NCBI GenBank assembly: GCA_964650315.1
Contig: CAZYQE010000004.1
Coordinates: 14,816-78,815, forward strand
Length of the DNA: 64,000 nucleotides
Source of the DNA: an uncultured Muribaculaceae bacterium
GTDB taxonomy: Bacteria > Bacillota_I > Bacilli_A > RF39 > UBA660
Direction of reading: 5' to 3'
In this document: positions 59,980 through 64,000 of the stretch, piece by piece
Numbering within the stretch: position 1 is the first letter of the stretch
Layout of the letters: each line of letters begins with the position of its first letter
Notes under the pieces: model-generated
The model's database searches: none
What the model saw: only the letters and a program-made list of their open reading frames with translations
Told to the model about the DNA's origin: nothing
Position numbers and translations under genes: made by a program

Positions 59980-60972
59980 ATGATGAATATGGAATGGAAT
60001 ATAGGTAATGTTAGAATTAAGAATCAAGTTGTATTAGCGCCTATGGCTGGTGTATGTAATTCCGCTTTTAGGAGAATTTGTAAAGAAATGGGTTGTGGTC
60101 TAATATATGCAGAAATGGTTAGTGATAAAGCAATTACTTTTAATAACCAAAAAACTATTGATATGTTATATATGACAGAAGAAGAAAGACCTATAGTACA
60201 ACAAATATTTGGTAGTGATAAAGAGTCTTTTGTAGATGCTGCTAAATATATAGAAAAAACTATGAAACCAGATATTATAGATATTAATATGGGTTGTCCT
60301 GTTCCTAAAGTCGCATTAAGAGCCCAAGCTGGTGCAGCATTACTTAAGAATCCTGATAAAATATATAATATTGTTAAATCTATTGTAGATGTAGTATCTG
60401 TCCCTGTTACAGTTAAGATTAGAAGCGGTTGGAATCTGGAGAGTATAAATGCTGTTGAAGTGGCTAAAGTAGTTGAAAAAGCAGGTGCAAGTGCTATTTG
60501 TGTTCATCCTAGAACGAGATCTCAAGGATATAGAGGTAAAGCAGATAGGAATATAATAAAAGAAGTTAAAGAAAATGTATCTATTCCTGTTATTGGTAAT
60601 GGTGATATTAAAACACCTGAAGATGCTAAAAGAATGATAGATGAAACTAATTGTGATGCTGTAATGATTGGTAGAGGTGTTTTAGGTAATCCGTGGTTAA
60701 TTAAAAACACTATTAATTATTTAGATGGCAAAGATTATGATAAGGAAATATCTATTGATGAAAGAATTGACATGATATTAAAGCATTTGGATTATTTAAA
60801 CAGTTTAAAAAGTGAAAAAATAGCTTGTTTAGAAATTAGAACTCATACAGGTTGGTATTTAAAAGGTATAAAGAATGCTAATGTAATTAAAAATAAAATA
60901 TATGAAACTTCTAATATTCGTGATATAATTTCTATATTGAATGAATTGAAGGAGGGATATAGTGAAAAATAA
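59980..60972 (+). CDS. dusB: tRNA-dihydrouridine synthase (DusB-like)
   Basis: FMN-binding TIM-barrel motifs (VVLAPMAGVCNSAFR, DINMGCP, the catalytic Cys in AICVHPRT); 330 aa. Confidence 0.85.
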   Translation: MMNMEWNIGNVRIKNQVVLAPMAGVCNSAFRRICKEMGCGLIYAEMVSDKAITFNNQKTIDMLYMTEEERPIVQQIFGSDKESFVDAAKYIEKTMKPDIIDINMGCPVPKVALRAQAGAALLKNPDKIYNIVKSIVDVVSVPVTVKIRSGWNLESINAVEVAKVVEKAGASAICVHPRTRSQGYRGKADRNIIKEVKENVSIPVIGNGDIKTPEDAKRMIDETNCDAVMIGRGVLGNPWLIKNTINYLDGKDYDKEISIDERIDMILKHLDYLNSLKSEKIACLEIRTHTGWYLKGIKNANVIKNKIYETSNIRDIISILNELKEGYSEK

Positions 60973-61597
60973 TAAAGAAAATGCACTATTTATCCAAAGA
61001 TTAGTTGCCTTTTTGATTGATTCATTAATTATTATAGTGGTAGCTTCTATTATATCTGTTCCTTTTTATGATAATGAAAATATAGAAAAATTAAATAATA
61101 GTGGTAATGAATTAGCAGAAAAATATATGAATAAAAAGATAGATACTGATACTTATTTAGGTGAAATGGTTGATGTTAATTATGAAATTTATAAAAAGAG
61201 TGGTTTTATAACTATTATTACTTTATTTTTAGAAGTTTTATATTTTGCTTGTTATCAGTTTTATAAAAAAGGACAAACTTTAGGTAAGAAGATAATGAGG
61301 ATTAGAGTAAAAGCTAATGATGATAGTGACTTAACTATGAATCAATTAGTATATAGAACATTAATTATAAATTCTGTTTTTATAGATATTGTATCTGTTG
61401 CGCTTATTATATTTGCTACTAAAAATATATGTGTTTATGGAATACTTACTATGAATTTTGTTCAGAGTATGATTATGTTTATTTCTGCTATAATGATTAT
61501 GTTTAGTAGAAAAAGTAGAGGATTACATGATATAATATGTAATACAAAAGTTGTTAGAGATGATGTTGTGAAGGAGTTGGAAACATGCGAGAGTTAA
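60962..61597 (+). CDS. RDD family membrane protein
   Basis: RDD-like N-terminus (RLVAFLIDSLII), three TM helices and a conserved Arg/Asp in the loop (RGLHDIIC). Confidence 0.6.
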   Translation: MKNNKENALFIQRLVAFLIDSLIIIVVASIISVPFYDNENIEKLNNSGNELAEKYMNKKIDTDTYLGEMVDVNYEIYKKSGFITIITLFLEVLYFACYQFYKKGQTLGKKIMRIRVKANDDSDLTMNQLVYRTLIINSVFIDIVSVALIIFATKNICVYGILTMNFVQSMIMFISAIMIMFSRKSRGLHDIICNTKVVRDDVVKELETCES

Positions 61598-63060
61598 GTG
61601 AACAAGAAAGAGTTAGAAGAGAGAAATTAGAAAATATTAAGAATCCATATCCAGATAGATTTGAAACAAATTATGAGATATGTGATGCAAGAGAGTTAGA
61701 AGATGGAGTTACTGGTGTTAGAGTAGCTGGTAGAATTGTTCTAATGAGAAAAATGGGTAAGATGAGTTTTTTAACTATTGGAGATATTAAAGGAAGAATC
61801 CAAGTATCTGTTAAATTAGATATGGTAGGAGAAGAAACTTATAAAGATTTTAAAGCTAATTATGATTTAGGAGACTTTATAGGAGTAGAAGGAGAAATGT
61901 TTACTACTCATACTGGTGAAAAAACAGTTAGAGCTAGTTCTATAACGTTCTTAGGTAAAGCTTTAAAACCATTACCAGAGAAATTCCATGGTGTTGAAGA
62001 TGTAGAGATGATATATCGTGAAAGATATTTAGATTTAATAATGAATAATGATGCTAAAGAGAAATTTTTATTAAGAAGTAGATTTATTAGAGAAATTAGA
62101 AACTTCTTAGATGAAGCTGGATATATTGAAATAGAAACACCTATTTTAAATAATAAAGCTAGTGGAGCTACTGCTAAACCGTTTACTACTCATCATAATG
62201 CTCTAGATATAGATTTATATTTAAGAATTGCACCAGAAACATATTTAAAAAGAGCTGTTGTAGGTGGTTTTACTAAAGTTTTTGAAATAGCTAGATGTTT
62301 TAGAAATGAAGGAATAGATGCTACTCACTTACAAGACTTTACTATGATGGAAGGTTATGCAGCTTTCTATGATTATAAAGATAATATGAAATTTTTAAGA
62401 GAAATGTTACAAACAGTTATAGAAAAGACATTTGGTACATTAACTGTTCCTATTGGAGATAAAGAAGTAGATTTAAGTGGAGAATGGGAAGAGATTAGTT
62501 TCAGAGATTTAATCTTAAAGTATAGTGATATAGATATAGATAAATATGATACTAAAGAAAAACTATTAAAGAAGATTGAAGAAGATAAAATAGATATTGA
62601 TAGTGAAACTCCGCTTGAAGATTTAGGTTATGGTAATTTAGTAGATCAATTATACAAGAAAGTGGCTAGACCTAATGTAGTTAAACCTACATACTTAACT
62701 AAACATCCAATTAGTTTAAGTCCTTTAGCTAGAGCAAATGATGATAATAAAGAATTAACTGATAGATTCCAATTAATTATTAATGGAGCTGAAATAATAA
62801 ATGGTTATTCAGAATTAGTCGATCCTAAAGAACAAGAAGATCGTCTTATTGAACAAGCTAAATTAAAGGCTGATGGTGATGAGGAAGCTATGCCAATGGA
62901 TTCCGATTATATAGCTGCTATGGAGTGTGGTATGCCACCTATTAGTGGATGGGGTATAGGAATTGATAGATTAATTCAATTACTTACTAATTCAGATAAT
63001 ATAAAAGATGTAGTAATGTTCCCGTTAATGAGACCATTAAATGAAGAAGACTCAAAATAG
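61585..63060 (+). CDS. lysS: Lysine--tRNA ligase (class II)
   Basis: N-terminal OB anticodon-binding domain and class II motifs 1-3 (the motif 2 region FRNEGID, the motif 3 region GIGIDRL); 491 aa. Confidence 0.9.
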   Translation: MRELSEQERVRREKLENIKNPYPDRFETNYEICDARELEDGVTGVRVAGRIVLMRKMGKMSFLTIGDIKGRIQVSVKLDMVGEETYKDFKANYDLGDFIGVEGEMFTTHTGEKTVRASSITFLGKALKPLPEKFHGVEDVEMIYRERYLDLIMNNDAKEKFLLRSRFIREIRNFLDEAGYIEIETPILNNKASGATAKPFTTHHNALDIDLYLRIAPETYLKRAVVGGFTKVFEIARCFRNEGIDATHLQDFTMMEGYAAFYDYKDNMKFLREMLQTVIEKTFGTLTVPIGDKEVDLSGEWEEISFRDLILKYSDIDIDKYDTKEKLLKKIEEDKIDIDSETPLEDLGYGNLVDQLYKKVARPNVVKPTYLTKHPISLSPLARANDDNKELTDRFQLIINGAEIINGYSELVDPKEQEDRLIEQAKLKADGDEEAMPMDSDYIAAMECGMPPISGWGIGIDRLIQLLTNSDNIKDVVMFPLMRPLNEEDSK

Positions 63061-63140
63061 GGTCTTTTTTTCTTGAAAAAACAAGTTAAATACTTGTAAA
63101 AAGACCTTTTAATTAGTATAATTATAGTGGGAGGTATAAT

Positions 63141-64000
63141 ATGAAAAAACATAACATATTTAAAGTCGTTCTTATCACATTTTTAGTGGTAGCTTTATTT
63201 ACTTGGATTTTACCAGTTGCTTATTTTTCAAGTGGATATGGATATGTTGAACAAGGACGCATGCAAGTTGGATTATTTGATCTAATTAGTTATCCATTAA
63301 TGACTTTTCAATATTTTGGATTAGTATTCTTATTTGTTATAGCCATCGGTGGATTATATGGTGTACTAAATAAAATTAGTGCATACAGAGTATTTTTAGA
63401 TAAACTAGCTAATAGTTTTAAAAATAAATCTAAACTAGTTATTTCTATAATGATAGCTATACTTGCAATTTTAACATCTATAGCAGGACTACAATTAGGA
63501 TTATTACTATTTGTTCCAATGCTAATATCATTAATCTTATTAATGGGATATGATAAGATTACTGCAGCATTAGCAATTGTAGGATCTCTAGTAGTAGGTG
63601 TTGCTGGAACTACATTTGGTTATAATAATATTAATTTTATTATGTCAACACTAAATGTAAAAATAACATCTGGAATAGTTTCAAAAATCGTTATTTTAGT
63701 AGCAGGAATTGCTCTAGTAATTATGAATACATTACTATATATGAGTAAATGTGATAAAAAATCTACTAAAAAAACAGCTAAAAAGACAACTAAAAAAGCA
63801 ACTAAAACAAAAGAGGTATTAGTAAAAGAAAATGATGCTTTTGTACCTGAAAAGGTTTCTGCAAGAAAGAAAACAACAATTGCTCCATTAGTAGTGATCT
63901 TATCTATAGTGTTAGTAGTAGTATTACTATCATTTATTCCATGGTCAGGAGCATTCAAAATCAAAGCATTTGAAACAGCAACTAAAGCAGTAACAAAATT
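63141..64000 (+). CDS. YfcC-family (IT superfamily) membrane transporter, 5' partial (runs off the window end)
   Basis: Not in the ORF track because no stop falls inside the window. Open from the ATG at 63141 (RBS GGGAGG) through 64000. N-terminal LFTWILPVAYF and FVIAIGGLYGV segments match the YfcC N-terminal topology. Confidence 0.55.
   Translation, partial: MKKHNIFKVVLITFLVVALFTWILPVAYFSSGYGYVEQGRMQVGLFDLISYPLMTFQYFGLVFLFVIAIGGLYGVLNKISAYRVFLDKLANSFKNKSKLVISIMIAILAILTSIAGLQLGLLLFVPMLISLILLMGYDKITAALAIVGSLVVGVAGTTFGYNNINFIMSTLNVKITSGIVSKIVILVAGIALVIMNTLLYMSKCDKKSTKKTAKKTTKKATKTKEVLVKENDAFVPEKVSARKKTTIAPLVVILSIVLVVVLLSFIPWSGAFKIKAFETATKAVTK

Noticed and set aside
1-64000. CRISPR arrays, IS elements, integrases, prophage remnants, tRNA or rRNA genes.
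   Set aside because: No direct-repeat/spacer periodicity, no transposase or recombinase-like ORFs, no tRNA T-loop (GGTTCGA/GTTCGAATC) signatures and no rRNA-like GC-rich blocks were seen. The region is a conserved housekeeping core.

Overview
This window is the replication-origin region of a very AT-rich Firmicutes chromosome that uses the standard genetic code (TGA is a stop in all long ORFs). The classic origin gene order is intact. On the minus strand, ending at about 25.6 kb: rpmH, rnpA, yidC, jag, mnmE, mnmG, rsmG, a noc-like ParB, parA, parB, DUF951, an AbgT-family transporter, ychF, rpsF-ssb-rpsR, a DHH phosphoesterase, rplI, dnaB, an M23 peptidase, a YycJ-like MBL hydrolase, rlmH, ung and DUF1934-argS. 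On the plus strand from about 25.9 kb: dnaA, dnaN, comK, recF, gyrB, gyrA, a small SRP RNA, tadA, dnaX, ybaB, recR, bofA, holB, ricT, two methyltransferases, pth, mfd, spoVT, a T-box-led nudix-metG unit, tatD, a 3D-domain protein, a sipW locus, rsmA, yabG, veg, spoVG, yabP, yabQ, divIC, tilS, ftsH, mscL, dusB, an RDD protein, lysS and a partial YfcC-family transporter. Transcription direction flips at the dnaA flanks (about 25.7-27.4 kb), and both flanks carry clusters of DnaA-box-like 9-mers, so this is the bipartite oriC. Features not explained by the ORF track are: three tightly clustered 18-bp parS palindromes just downstream of gyrA; an unannotated small SRP RNA that the ORF track masks as an N-terminal extension of tadA; a T-box leader (Met-type by context) in front of nudix-metG; a comK gene inserted between dnaN and recF; a noc-position ParB paralogue with a roughly 250-residue acidic disordered tail; and a SipW-type signal peptidase next to two paralogous small secreted proteins, which is the best candidate here for an uncharacterised secreted-fibre or matrix system. 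Sporulation genes (bofA, spoVT, yabG, spoVG, yabP, yabQ) indicate an endospore-forming lineage. No tRNA genes, rRNA genes, CRISPR arrays or mobile elements were detected.
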